This document shows, in pieces, positions 35,481 to 44,324 of a stretch of DNA of 64,000 nucleotides. The notes under the pieces were generated by a model, which worked only from the letters and a program-made list of their open reading frames with translations, was not told where the DNA came from and did not search any database. Source of the stretch: Syntrophaceae bacterium UBA7520 (GTDB lineage Bacteria > Desulfobacterota > Syntrophia > Syntrophales > Smithellaceae). Made by a program: the position numbers and the translations under genes. The DNA is taken from assembly GCA_002478265.1 (NCBI GenBank), contig DLNC01000026.1, positions 6,792-70,791 of the forward strand, read 5' to 3'. How positions within the stretch are numbered: position 1 is the stretch's first letter; the number at the start of each line of letters is the position of its first letter.

Positions 35481-36089
35481 TCAAGAGGATACAACATCAC
35501 CCGACGGGCAAAGCATATTTTTCAGAACACGCCATAATTGTTCTTTACCCGTTGCGGTTTTGGCGGAAAAAACAACCATTTTGTCTTCTTCGGAAACGCG
35601 CAATTTTTTTTCAATTAACTTTCTTTGCCGGAAAATTTCGTTGTTCGAAAGTTTGTCGCTCTTAGTCAGCACATATAGGCAAGGTATGCGGTAGTGCTCC
35701 AGCCAGTCGCAGAGGGACAAGTCATCATCATTTGGTACACGCCTTATATCAAGAATGAGAATAACCAACGCCAGATTCTGCCTTCCACGCAGATAAGACT
35801 CAATCATTTCTCCCCAGTTTTTTCTCACCGCGCGCGATACTTTGGCAAATCCATAACCGGGCAAATCCACAAAAAATATTTTATCGTTGACGGAAAAAAA
35901 ATTAATTAGTTGCGTGCGTCCCGGCGTGTTGCTGGTTTTGGCCAGATTTTTCCTGCCGACGAGCGCGTTGATCAGGGAAGATTTTCCCACGTTGGAACGC
36001 CCGACAAAAGCAACTTCCGGCAAATCCGGCGGCGGATAGTGAGATGGCTGCGTCGCGCTTTTGATGAATTCGGCTTTGGTAATCTTCAT
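35481..36089 (-). CDS. engB: Ribosome-biogenesis GTPase YsxC/EngB
   Basis: G1 GRSNVGKSSLINAL, G3 DLPGYG, G4 TKSDK. The ATG at 36089 is preferred over the ORF-track TTG at 36137, which overlaps the upstream gene. Confidence 0.85.
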   Translation of the reverse strand: MKITKAEFIKSATQPSHYPPPDLPEVAFVGRSNVGKSSLINALVGRKNLAKTSNTPGRTQLINFFSVNDKIFFVDLPGYGFAKVSRAVRKNWGEMIESYLRGRQNLALVILILDIRRVPNDDDLSLCDWLEHYRIPCLYVLTKSDKLSNNEIFRQRKLIEKKLRVSEEDKMVVFSAKTATGKEQLWRVLKNMLCPSGDVVSS

Positions 36090-36123
36090 GACGTGAAATA
36101 ATTTTTCAGGTAAGCAGTATCGC

Positions 36124-37518
36124 CTATTCACGTTCAAAGACGATGCCGTATTTTTCCAGTTTTCGTTCCAATGTCGGGCGAGAAACGCCCAATATCTCGC
36201 AGATTTCGCCTTTGTTCTTTTTGTCGTTTTCTTTGAGGATTTTTCTGATGTAGCGCTCTTCGACTTCGTCGAGCGTCAGCAGCTTGCCCGATGCCGCCGG
36301 CGTGAATACCTCCGCCAGATCGTCTTTGCGTTCCCTGCCCGGTTCTTCCTTGCCCAGTTCGGGGAAATCATTTTTTCCCAAAACCTGGCCCTGCGCGACC
36401 ACACAGGCGCGCACAAGCAGATTTTCCAGCTCGCGGATATTGCCCGGCCAGTGGTACTGCATAAACATCTCCATAACCTCATCGGAAACACCGATAATCT
36501 TTTTATGCAGATCCAGATTTATCTTGGCCAGAAGATAATCAATCAGTGGAGCGATATCCTGACGCCGCTCTCTGAGGGGTGGAATGGTGATGGACACAAT
36601 GTTCAACCGGTAATAAAGATCGTCGCGGAACTTTCCTTCCTTGACCAGCGCCTTAAGATCTTTGTTGGTCGCGGCCATAATGCGGGCGTTGACTTTAACC
36701 TTGTCCTTGCCGCCCACCCTGTCGAATTCCATTTCCTGCAGAACGCGCAGCAGTTTCGCCTGCAGATTAACCGACATCTCGCTTATTTCGTCCAGAAAAA
36801 CTGAGCCGTAGCGCGCCAGTTCAAACTTGCCCAGTTTTCTTGTCACGGCGCCGGTAAAAGAGCCTTTTTCGTGGCCGAACAATTCAGACTCCAGAAGCGT
36901 TTCCACAATCGCCGAACAATTGACGGCGATAAAAGGTTCATCCGGCGAAGTGTTGTTGTGAATGACTTTGGCAATTAATTCTTTTCCCGTGCCGCTCTCA
37001 CCCTGAATCAAAACTGTCGTGCGGCTTTGCGAAACAATGCCGACCGTCTTGAAAATTTCACGCATTTGATTGCCGGTGCCGATAATGTCGCCCACCCGAA
37101 AATTGCGCGACGGCTCCATTAAAAGACCGTCAATCTTCTTTTCCATCTCCACCGATTTCAGGGCTTTTTTTATGGCGATATCCAGTTCGTCCACATTCAC
37201 CGGCTTGTGAATGTAATCAAAGGCGCCGCCTTTCATGGCGTTGATGGTTGTTTCCATGTCGTGAAAGGCAGTAATCATGATGACTTTGACGTTTTCGTTT
37301 TCTTCCTTGAGGTCCTCCAGCACGGAAAACCCGTCAACATCCGGCAGTCTGATATCCAGAATAACGACATCAGCGGGGTTTTTGACATATTTGTTGAGGC
37401 CATCCGTGCCTGTTTCCGCTGTCTCGACTTTATAGCCTTCTTCCGTCAGGTACAGATCCAGCGTTTCGCGAATCGAAGCGTCATCATCGATAACCAGAAT
37501 TTTGGACATGTCCTCCAC
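36124..37518 (-). CDS. Sigma54-dependent response regulator (NtrC family: REC + AAA+ + Fis-type HTH)
   Basis: REC (ILVIDDD, VILDIRLP). AAA+ Walker A GESGTGKE, GSFTGA sigma54-contact loop. C-terminal HTH ICEILGVSRPTLERKLEKYGI. Confidence 0.9.
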   Translation of the reverse strand: MEDMSKILVIDDDASIRETLDLYLTEEGYKVETAETGTDGLNKYVKNPADVVILDIRLPDVDGFSVLEDLKEENENVKVIMITAFHDMETTINAMKGGAFDYIHKPVNVDELDIAIKKALKSVEMEKKIDGLLMEPSRNFRVGDIIGTGNQMREIFKTVGIVSQSRTTVLIQGESGTGKELIAKVIHNNTSPDEPFIAVNCSAIVETLLESELFGHEKGSFTGAVTRKLGKFELARYGSVFLDEISEMSVNLQAKLLRVLQEMEFDRVGGKDKVKVNARIMAATNKDLKALVKEGKFRDDLYYRLNIVSITIPPLRERRQDIAPLIDYLLAKINLDLHKKIIGVSDEVMEMFMQYHWPGNIRELENLLVRACVVAQGQVLGKNDFPELGKEEPGRERKDDLAEVFTPAASGKLLTLDEVEERYIRKILKENDKKNKGEICEILGVSRPTLERKLEKYGIVFERE

Positions 37519-37519
37519 C

Positions 37520-40087
37520 CTACGCTCTAATTTCCTCGACCGGTCTGCCGCTGTCGCTTTTCACCGGTAGAATAACCCGCACCGTGGTTCCTTCATCTTT
37601 TTTGCTGATGATATCAATCGTGCCCTGATGCAGATCAATAATTTTTTTCACCTGTGAAAGCCCCAGACCTGTACCATATTTTTTCATCGTAAAGAAAGGG
37701 TTAAATAAATGCGGCATGTCCGCCTTATCGATGCCGCAGCCGTTATCTCTGACTTCCACCACAACCGCCTGCCTGTTGTTTTCTTGCATACGCAGCGAAA
37801 TATAGATATGCCCATCCTGCTCGATTGCCTCGGCGGCGTTGCGGATGATATTTAAAAAGGCGTCGCCCAGCATAGCGGCGTCAACTTCTATCGGGGCAAC
37901 ATCGCCGAAATCCGTGTGGACCTGGATTTGCTTATCCGTAATTTCCTTTTCAGCCAAAGCAATGGCCTGATCAAGAACTTTGGCCACGTCTGCGGGAGTT
38001 TTCTGCGGTTCCATCGGTTTGGCGAAAATGAGAATGTTATTAACCAGTGTTTCCAGATGTTCCACTTCTTTTTCCGCTATTTTAAATCTCTTCAGGTCAT
38101 TGCCGGCTGGATTTATCCGCTTTTGCAGAATCTGCAGGCTCATTTTAATCGAGGAAAGCGGGTTGCGCACCTCATGCGCGATGCCCGCGGATAGCTGACC
38201 CAACGCCGCCAACTTTTCGCTTTCAAAGAGCTTTTTCTCCAGATTTTTGAATTCCGTAATGTCGCGCTGCACCACCAAATAACGGTTGGTGCCGATTACC
38301 GGAGAAGTGGTCATCAGCAGATTTACTTTACGGCCGTCTTTTCTCACCGCTTCTATTTCGTAAGGCCTGTAAATGCCCTTTTTTGCCAGCTCCCACATCG
38401 ACAGGACAAAATCTCTGTTGTTCGGGGCAACAAATTCCAAAAAATGAACGCCTTGAAATTCCCGGGAATAAGATTTGCCGCCCCTCATTCTGCCGCGACT
38501 CACGTAATTAATGATGCCGTTTTCATCCATCTCATAAATCTTATCGGGCAGACTTTTAATGATGGACTGCAAATAATTATAAAGCTCTTCAACTTCTCTT
38601 CTCAGTTCGATGTTTTCCGTCAATTCGTTTTGCAGTGTTTCCGCGTATTCGCGCAGGCTTCTGCTGAGCTCCTCGTCACGGGAAACATCCTGCAGGGTTT
38701 CGACCGCCGCGATAATCTGGCCTTTTTCATCATAGACCGGAGCAGCCAGAAAATAGAGATAGCGACTGCGTCCACCGAGATTTTCGAAAAAGTCATTCGC
38801 CTCATAAGCGCCGACAACCTTGTCGGATTTTCTGACTTTCTTCGTGTCATAATACTGGCTTAATTTATCCACCGCGTTGTCAATAATCAAATCCGCGATA
38901 ACTGGTCTTTTCACGGAATAAAAAGGCATGTAATGTTTGTCGGTGTCTACCATTTCCCGGGCGGAAAAGCCGGTCAATTCCTCGCAGGCGCGGTTCCATA
39001 GAATGACTTTATGTTCTTTGTTGATAACAAATGTTGGAATGGGTGATCCTTCAATAATGCCCTCAATGGTTTTTTTCTCGCGCAGCAGTTTTTCCTCCCA
39101 ATCTTTGCTTTCGGCCGCTCTTCTTTCTTCTTCCTTTACGCGCACTCTTTTACCTTCCCAGAAAGCAAAGGAAATACTGGCGATAACCACAACCAAAATC
39201 ACCATGATGACGCTGAAAAGCGTATAGGCAAAAGTTTTGCGCAGCGGCAAAACAACGTTACTGTAAGGCGAAACGATCAAGACCACCCACCTTTTCCCGC
39301 CAAACTGCAGCGGAAAGTACGCAATGATGCTTCTTTGCTCTTTATGATTACTTAACAGAACCAACGCGTCCAGGTAATTACCGTGCGTAAAAGAAAGATC
39401 AATTTCTGTTTTATTAAAATTTCGCACCAAATAATTGATACCCTTTCCAATAAACGCATTGTCGGGATGAATTACAATTTCTCCTTTTTCGTCTACCAGC
39501 CAAAGGGCTCCCATGTTGTTGTCTTGGATCTGTTTTTCGTAGTCTTCAATCATCGCCGCCAAGGACAGGGAAACCACCCATGCCCCGGAAAAAACATCAT
39601 TCTTCCGCCAGAGCGGATAACCAAAAACGTAATGCCAGTCTGTTTTTTCCTTTCTGCCGGTCAGGACTGCTTTTTCGTTCAAGGCCAGGTTTATATAACT
39701 GCTTTTATTGTTCTTGATGTCTTTTAAATGATAGGCGATATCCACGGCCACCGATGCGCCGGCGGGAAAAACCTGCTTTATCCTGCCGTTTCTATCAACA
39801 AGAAATGTCGCGTCAATTATTCTTTCCCATCCGGAAAAAACATATTTATAGTCATCGGCAAATCTGGGGGCAACATTACCCTCCGGTGACTGGAGGCGGG
39901 AAAGCACTCTCACATTTTTTTCCAGCCGGGTCAGCAAATCAACCATCCTGGCGGCCGTGCTTTGCGCGTAGGCAAGCTGCTGGCGGCTGAAAATTTCCAC
40001 CATATCCTTTTCGCGGGCATGATTCACCGTCAGAGCGAGCAAGATAATCAGAATAATTACCGTGGAGGTGGCAAACCAGATACGCAT
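37520..40087 (-). CDS. Sensor histidine kinase with periplasmic Cache-like domain, 2 PAS, HisKA and HATPase
   Basis: N-terminal TM, a ~270-aa extracytoplasmic region, a second TM, then PAS modules. H-box AHEVRNPL, N-box NIIRNAAEA, DNGCGI, GTGLGL. The stop is 1 nt before the regulator's start. Confidence 0.9.
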   Translation of the reverse strand: MRIWFATSTVIILIILLALTVNHAREKDMVEIFSRQQLAYAQSTAARMVDLLTRLEKNVRVLSRLQSPEGNVAPRFADDYKYVFSGWERIIDATFLVDRNGRIKQVFPAGASVAVDIAYHLKDIKNNKSSYINLALNEKAVLTGRKEKTDWHYVFGYPLWRKNDVFSGAWVVSLSLAAMIEDYEKQIQDNNMGALWLVDEKGEIVIHPDNAFIGKGINYLVRNFNKTEIDLSFTHGNYLDALVLLSNHKEQRSIIAYFPLQFGGKRWVVLIVSPYSNVVLPLRKTFAYTLFSVIMVILVVVIASISFAFWEGKRVRVKEEERRAAESKDWEEKLLREKKTIEGIIEGSPIPTFVINKEHKVILWNRACEELTGFSAREMVDTDKHYMPFYSVKRPVIADLIIDNAVDKLSQYYDTKKVRKSDKVVGAYEANDFFENLGGRSRYLYFLAAPVYDEKGQIIAAVETLQDVSRDEELSRSLREYAETLQNELTENIELRREVEELYNYLQSIIKSLPDKIYEMDENGIINYVSRGRMRGGKSYSREFQGVHFLEFVAPNNRDFVLSMWELAKKGIYRPYEIEAVRKDGRKVNLLMTTSPVIGTNRYLVVQRDITEFKNLEKKLFESEKLAALGQLSAGIAHEVRNPLSSIKMSLQILQKRINPAGNDLKRFKIAEKEVEHLETLVNNILIFAKPMEPQKTPADVAKVLDQAIALAEKEITDKQIQVHTDFGDVAPIEVDAAMLGDAFLNIIRNAAEAIEQDGHIYISLRMQENNRQAVVVEVRDNGCGIDKADMPHLFNPFFTMKKYGTGLGLSQVKKIIDLHQGTIDIISKKDEGTTVRVILPVKSDSGRPVEEIRA

Positions 40088-40193
40088 TTATAATGTCCTG
40101 AATGAAAACATCATTATATAGCCGCGATAATTTATGGCCGTTGGGATAATATTTCTTACAGATATGCGGTAAGCTGCCGAGGGAATATTAATC

Positions 40194-40376
40194 TTAACCA
40201 TCTTCTTCGTTTTTTTTGCCTGTTTTTTCTGCCTGAAGCATTCCAATTAACACGTAAACCAAGATGGCCGCAGTAAGAGAAATGAGAAGCTTGGCCAAGC
40301 CGCTTTCTATTTTCAAAAGATAGGAGCAAATCAACCAGACGACCGGGTAGGTGACCGCCGTCAAAATTTCCTGCAT
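40194..40376 (-). CDS. Small two-TM membrane protein (hypothetical), possibly the first gene of the kinase operon
   Basis: 60-aa ORF with an AGGGGA SD 6 nt upstream of the ATG. It has two hydrophobic helices and a charged tail. Confidence 0.4.
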   Translation of the reverse strand: MQEILTAVTYPVVWLICSYLLKIESGLAKLLISLTAAILVYVLIGMLQAEKTGKKNEEDG

Positions 40377-40777
40377 AAAAAATCCCCTAAGAGAAGGTCG
40401 GCATGTAATATCAGCAGTTCTGAATGATTATATTAGCGGTCTGACTGCAAAATTTCAATATAAATATAATCCCGCTGTTCAACACTTAAGAATTGTTTTC
40501 AGGCTGGGGAAATGCGCGCGAAATACCGCGCGCGCCTTAAATACCCGCTTGTATGTTTCATGCGAAATTATTTAACAAAACATTAAACAAAGAACAATAA
40601 TTGCTTCTTTTTTATTCGCGCGCAGAAAAATTATACCCATATTGTTTACCGCGCGCTTTTCGCTCAGACCAAGCGGATAAATAAAACAATCTCAAGTAAT
40701 TAGCGGGGCGGCGCACCTTTTCCGTCAATCCTAATTATTTGTACTGCCGGTCATTATCTGCGCTCTTTTTTCAATAA

Positions 40778-40793
40778 TGGCATATATAATGCA
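40778..40793 (+). promoter_or_regulatory. Sigma54 (-24/-12) promoter candidate
   Basis: TGGCATATATAATGCA fits TGGCAC-N5-TTGCW with GG and GC in canonical register. It lies 107 nt upstream of the ATG at 40900, in the divergent region shared with the sigma54-activator operon. Confidence 0.65.
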
Positions 40794-40899
40794 GTAACTT
40801 AGCGCTGATTGGAACAAAATGATTTCCGCTTTTCAGGAAATCCAATTTGTGTTAGTTATCCAACGAATTCATGAACATTAATCGGAAAGGAGAAAAATA

Positions 40900-41277
40900 A
40901 TGTTACACAAATTAAGCACAAAATTTCTAACCGCACTTACCACGATAATCATTTTGCTGGTGTCGAGTTCTTTTGTTTTTGCCGCAGAACAGGTTATCCC
41001 CGCTGCTGATTCTTACGCCAAGGCAATTTTTGCCGTTGGAGCGATGATTGCGGCAGGCTTAGCTATTGGCATCGGCGCAGTCGGAGCGGGTATGGGCATC
41101 GGAACAGCCGCCAACGGCGCGTGTTCCGCTGTGGGAAGAAATCCCGGCGTGCAGGCAAAAATCATGATGACCATGCTGGTCGGCATGGCCATGGCTGAAT
41201 CAATCGCCATTTACGCCCTGGTCGTTTCTCTCGTGCTTCTCTTTGCTAACCCTTACATGCGTTATTTTTTGGGTTAA
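40900..41277 (+). CDS. atpE: F-type ATP synthase subunit c-like proteolipid with a ~40-aa signal-peptide-like N-terminal extension; orphan (no other atp genes nearby)
   Basis: The hairpin of two TM helices has the c-subunit pattern GIGAVGAGMGIG...VGRNPG...LVGMAMAESIAIYALVVSLVLLFANPY. The N-terminus is MLHKLSTKFLTALTTIIILLVSSSFVFA-AEQ. GGAAAGGAG SD. Confidence 0.7.
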   Translation: MLHKLSTKFLTALTTIIILLVSSSFVFAAEQVIPAADSYAKAIFAVGAMIAAGLAIGIGAVGAGMGIGTAANGACSAVGRNPGVQAKIMMTMLVGMAMAESIAIYALVVSLVLLFANPYMRYFLG

Positions 41278-41327
41278 CAAGCTGATAATGTTAACTGAAA
41301 ATTTAACAAAGGTTAGGGGGAATTATA

Positions 41328-42632
41328 ATGTCAAACAATAAAAAAGGTAAGCAGTTCTTCAGCATTGGAAGCGTGTTCTTCCTGCTTATCGTAATCCCCT
41401 TATCACTGATGGCGTTTTTAATTGCCAACGGCATTTTTAAGCTGGGGGTTACCATACAAGAGAGAACAGCCGTTGTTCTTGACCAGAAAGCTCAGGAAGA
41501 TATAAAAGCACGGGCCATAAATACCGCGAATGAGGTTGCCGGTTTCCTGACGGAAAGCAAGAAAGACTTGCTTATTGCAACAATTATCCCGCCTACAGAA
41601 ACAGCATTCAGACAGTTTGTTCTGGAAAATAGAAAGCCCATCTGGACCCGAGACGGAAAGAGGGTCCAGCAGGTTTTAGTCCCCCTCTACAAAGAGATGT
41701 CTCTTATAGACAGGAAAGGCAAAGAACTAATTAAGGTTGTCGACGGTAAGGTTATGCCGGAAAGTCAATTGAAAAATGTCAGTATCCCGGCAAATACAAC
41801 CTACAAAAACGAAACCTACTTTGCCCAGGCACAGCTTCTGAACAAAGGCGAGGTATATGTTTCTCCGGTAACCGGTTTATATGTAACCAAGGACGCTTTT
41901 AACAAAGGCGCCAGATTCAACGGTATCATCCGGCTGGCCACGCCGCTCTTTGACAAAGATGGATTTGCCGGCGTAATCGCGCTTGCCCTAGATTACCGCC
42001 ATCTGGCCACATTTACCAATCACATCATTCCCACACAGATGGAAAAGGTGTATGAAGTTGACGCAACCGCGGGCAACTATGCCTACATCATTGATCACCG
42101 CGGCTATGTAATTGTTCACCCAAGCTCCTACCATATAGTGGGACTAAACGCGCAGGGAGTTCAGGTCCCCACGCTTAATGAGCGAAACGCGAATGATTTG
42201 ATGAAAAAAGGCATAGAAGCGTTAAACCTTCATCAATTGGGTTTCATGGATCCCAATTTGCCGGTCATCGCGAAAGAAGCGGCGGCGGGAAAATCCGGCG
42301 TGCTCAGTTATAAATTCGGCGGGCACGCCAAGTTTGTCGCCTATGCCCCGATTAAGTTTTACACAAAGAATCTTCCGGCGCCTGCCGGTTTCGGCTGGGT
42401 CGGCATGGGAATTGATGTCGATAAATATAAAGAAGCAGCGCTGAAAGTGGCGCAAAATATAGACAAGGAAGCCAAGGCCTGGACGGCGACAATCATCTTT
42501 ATTCTTGTCGCTTCGATGATTATCCTGTTTTTGATCATGTGGCTTCTGATGCGCGGCATCAATCGTTCCATCGCCGCGGAAGTTCCGGAAGGATCTGAAC
42601 AGCCGCTCGATTTTGACGATGACGATGATTAA
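41328..42632 (+). CDS. Cache-domain-only membrane protein (TM + ~350-aa extracytoplasmic double-Cache-like region + TM + 30-aa acidic tail; no output domain)
   Basis: Two TM helices flank a region with Cache-like blocks (AGVIALALDY, AYIIDHRGYVIVHP, FVAYAPI, GWVGMGID). The protein ends ...EQPLDFDDDDD. GGGGGA SD. Confidence 0.65.
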   Translation: MSNNKKGKQFFSIGSVFFLLIVIPLSLMAFLIANGIFKLGVTIQERTAVVLDQKAQEDIKARAINTANEVAGFLTESKKDLLIATIIPPTETAFRQFVLENRKPIWTRDGKRVQQVLVPLYKEMSLIDRKGKELIKVVDGKVMPESQLKNVSIPANTTYKNETYFAQAQLLNKGEVYVSPVTGLYVTKDAFNKGARFNGIIRLATPLFDKDGFAGVIALALDYRHLATFTNHIIPTQMEKVYEVDATAGNYAYIIDHRGYVIVHPSSYHIVGLNAQGVQVPTLNERNANDLMKKGIEALNLHQLGFMDPNLPVIAKEAAAGKSGVLSYKFGGHAKFVAYAPIKFYTKNLPAPAGFGWVGMGIDVDKYKEAALKVAQNIDKEAKAWTATIIFILVASMIILFLIMWLLMRGINRSIAAEVPEGSEQPLDFDDDDD

Positions 42633-42644
42633 ACCAGATAAAAA

Positions 42645-42670
42645 GGCCGAATGAAAATTCGGCCTTTTTT
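42645..42670 (+). terminator. Rho-independent terminator
   Basis: GGCCGAA-TGAAAA-TTCGGCC followed by TTTTTT, 13 nt after the stop of 41328..42632. Confidence 0.8.
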
Positions 42671-42775
42671 CTTAACGCTGATTTTTCACGCTTGAATTTT
42701 TATCTGCCGTATCACCTTTTTATTATATCAGGGAAAAACTTTCCTTTGCGGCGAAAATAGATTATAAGTGCTTGC

Positions 42776-43195
42776 ATGAAAGCCTCGCTTTTGGACAGGA
42801 GCCTTTATTTCAAAGGACTGCTTATTCTCATTCGCCAGGATCGCGCCATCCGGGAACCGGAAAAAAAGCTGATGCTGCGTATCGGCGCTAGCATGGGTTT
42901 TGAAAAAAAATTCTGCAGAAACAACATTAACGAAATAATGAACAATAAAAATATCGATGATTCCGCCCCTGTTTTTACCCGGCCTGAAATCGCCCGTTTT
43001 TTCATCCATGATGGATTAATAATCTCCGCCGTGGACAAAGATATCCATGAAAATGAGCTAGTCTGGCTGAAAAAAGTCGCCGCGGCAAACGGAATCGAGC
43101 AGTCATATGTGGATGATTATCTGAAAAAATGCGCGAAGCAAACCGCGGATGACCTGGAAAAAAATCTGAAGGTCAAGGAAATCGCCTGGGCGTAA
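42776..43195 (+). CDS. TerB-like (tellurite-resistance TerB fold) protein, hypothetical
   Basis: Two internal helical repeats (YFKGLLILIRQDRAIREPEKKLMLRIGASMGF and FIHDGLIISAVDKDIHENELVWLKKVAAANGI) resemble the TerB/DjlA N-terminal repeat pattern. No clear SD. Confidence 0.45.
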   Translation: MKASLLDRSLYFKGLLILIRQDRAIREPEKKLMLRIGASMGFEKKFCRNNINEIMNNKNIDDSAPVFTRPEIARFFIHDGLIISAVDKDIHENELVWLKKVAAANGIEQSYVDDYLKKCAKQTADDLEKNLKVKEIAWA

Positions 43196-43212
43196 TCCGG
43201 CGTATATCTCCG

Positions 43213-44283
43213 TTATTCCCAGTCCACCAGCATGAATCCCGCGCTTATGCGGTTAACACTGGCATTGTAGTCGATCAGGCTTTCCCCGTAACCGTTAAAA
43301 TACTGAAAATAGATACTGAATATATCCAGCTTATCCCAAAACAGGGAAAGCGGAATGCTCCAGTCAAGCTGCACGGCGCCCTTATTTTCACTGCGCAGGT
43401 TGTTGCGCAGCATGGCGGAAATTCGGTTCTTCTTCCAGTAGTAAGTAAGCCATAGTTCCCCGTATCCCATGTATTTGGTTATGCCGGGATTGTCGTTTTT
43501 GCTCTCTCCGTCCGGTATCCGATACCATGTCTTGAGAAAAATATTGAAATTTCCTTTTTCGAATCCCGCGTTGGCGACAACACGATTCCAGCTGCGTGAA
43601 AGCGGCGAGGAACGGCCATTGGATTGATGATTCAATCCGATCGTCACAAAACGCAGTTTTAGGTCATCAATGCCGGGAATGTTTACATCGGTGCGGAAAT
43701 TAACCAGCGCCTCCGGTTCGTAGTTTGTATCACGAAACGGAGAGGAAAACGTGGCATTGTAAAGCTGCCAGTAGGAAAGCTGCGTGTAGGCAATCCACAA
43801 ATCAACGCCCTTTAAAAAATCCCATCCGTCAATATCCATGCACCACGGCTTTACCTTGAAGCTCAACTGGAACTTCGCTTCGCTGCGCTGCGCCTTGGCG
43901 TCAGGATCAAAATCCAGGGCATTGTTATCATTGGGCGTGGAGTTATAAGCGATGGGCAAGAAATAATTCGGGCGGTAGGGAGTGAGCATGAAAAAGGCAT
44001 GCTTGGATTTTTCCCCGTCCAGTTCCCAGTGCCGGGAAAATACAGACGCCTCCTTTTTTTCCTGCGGAGGCTTTTCTTTCGCCGGAACATTGCTGTCCGT
44101 AATTACGTTCTTTTCCGTCTCAGTCTTCTGCCGCGCCAAATTATCATAACACTTCAACCTCTCGACATTGTCTTTAATTACGGCGCAGTCGGCAAAATTA
44201 TTATTGCCCGCCGCTATTGTAGGCAATGGGCAGAAGATAGTCACCAAGAAAAAAAGCCCGAACAGGTGATATCTGAAATTCAT
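43213..44283 (-). CDS. pldA: Outer-membrane phospholipase A
   Basis: Signal peptide, YTQLSYWQ, and the catalytic block GLNHQSNGRS. Confidence 0.85.
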   Translation of the reverse strand: MNFRYHLFGLFFLVTIFCPLPTIAAGNNNFADCAVIKDNVERLKCYDNLARQKTETEKNVITDSNVPAKEKPPQEKKEASVFSRHWELDGEKSKHAFFMLTPYRPNYFLPIAYNSTPNDNNALDFDPDAKAQRSEAKFQLSFKVKPWCMDIDGWDFLKGVDLWIAYTQLSYWQLYNATFSSPFRDTNYEPEALVNFRTDVNIPGIDDLKLRFVTIGLNHQSNGRSSPLSRSWNRVVANAGFEKGNFNIFLKTWYRIPDGESKNDNPGITKYMGYGELWLTYYWKKNRISAMLRNNLRSENKGAVQLDWSIPLSLFWDKLDIFSIYFQYFNGYGESLIDYNASVNRISAGFMLVDWE

Positions 44284-44324
44284 AATCCTAACCAGAAAGA
44301 TTGACCGGTTGCCGTAGTCTACGC

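Noticed and set aside
35237-35500. 87-aa minus-strand ORF in the AT-rich region upstream of the giant hdrA-like gene
   Set aside because: It overlaps both the engB stop and the hdrA-like start. The sequence is low-complexity and hydrophobic, arising from AT-rich promoter DNA, and there is no SD.
42728-43038. Minus-strand ORFs 42728..43009 and 42805..43038
   Set aside because: They are antisense to the TerB-like ORF and lie downstream of a plus-strand terminator. No SD and no motifs.
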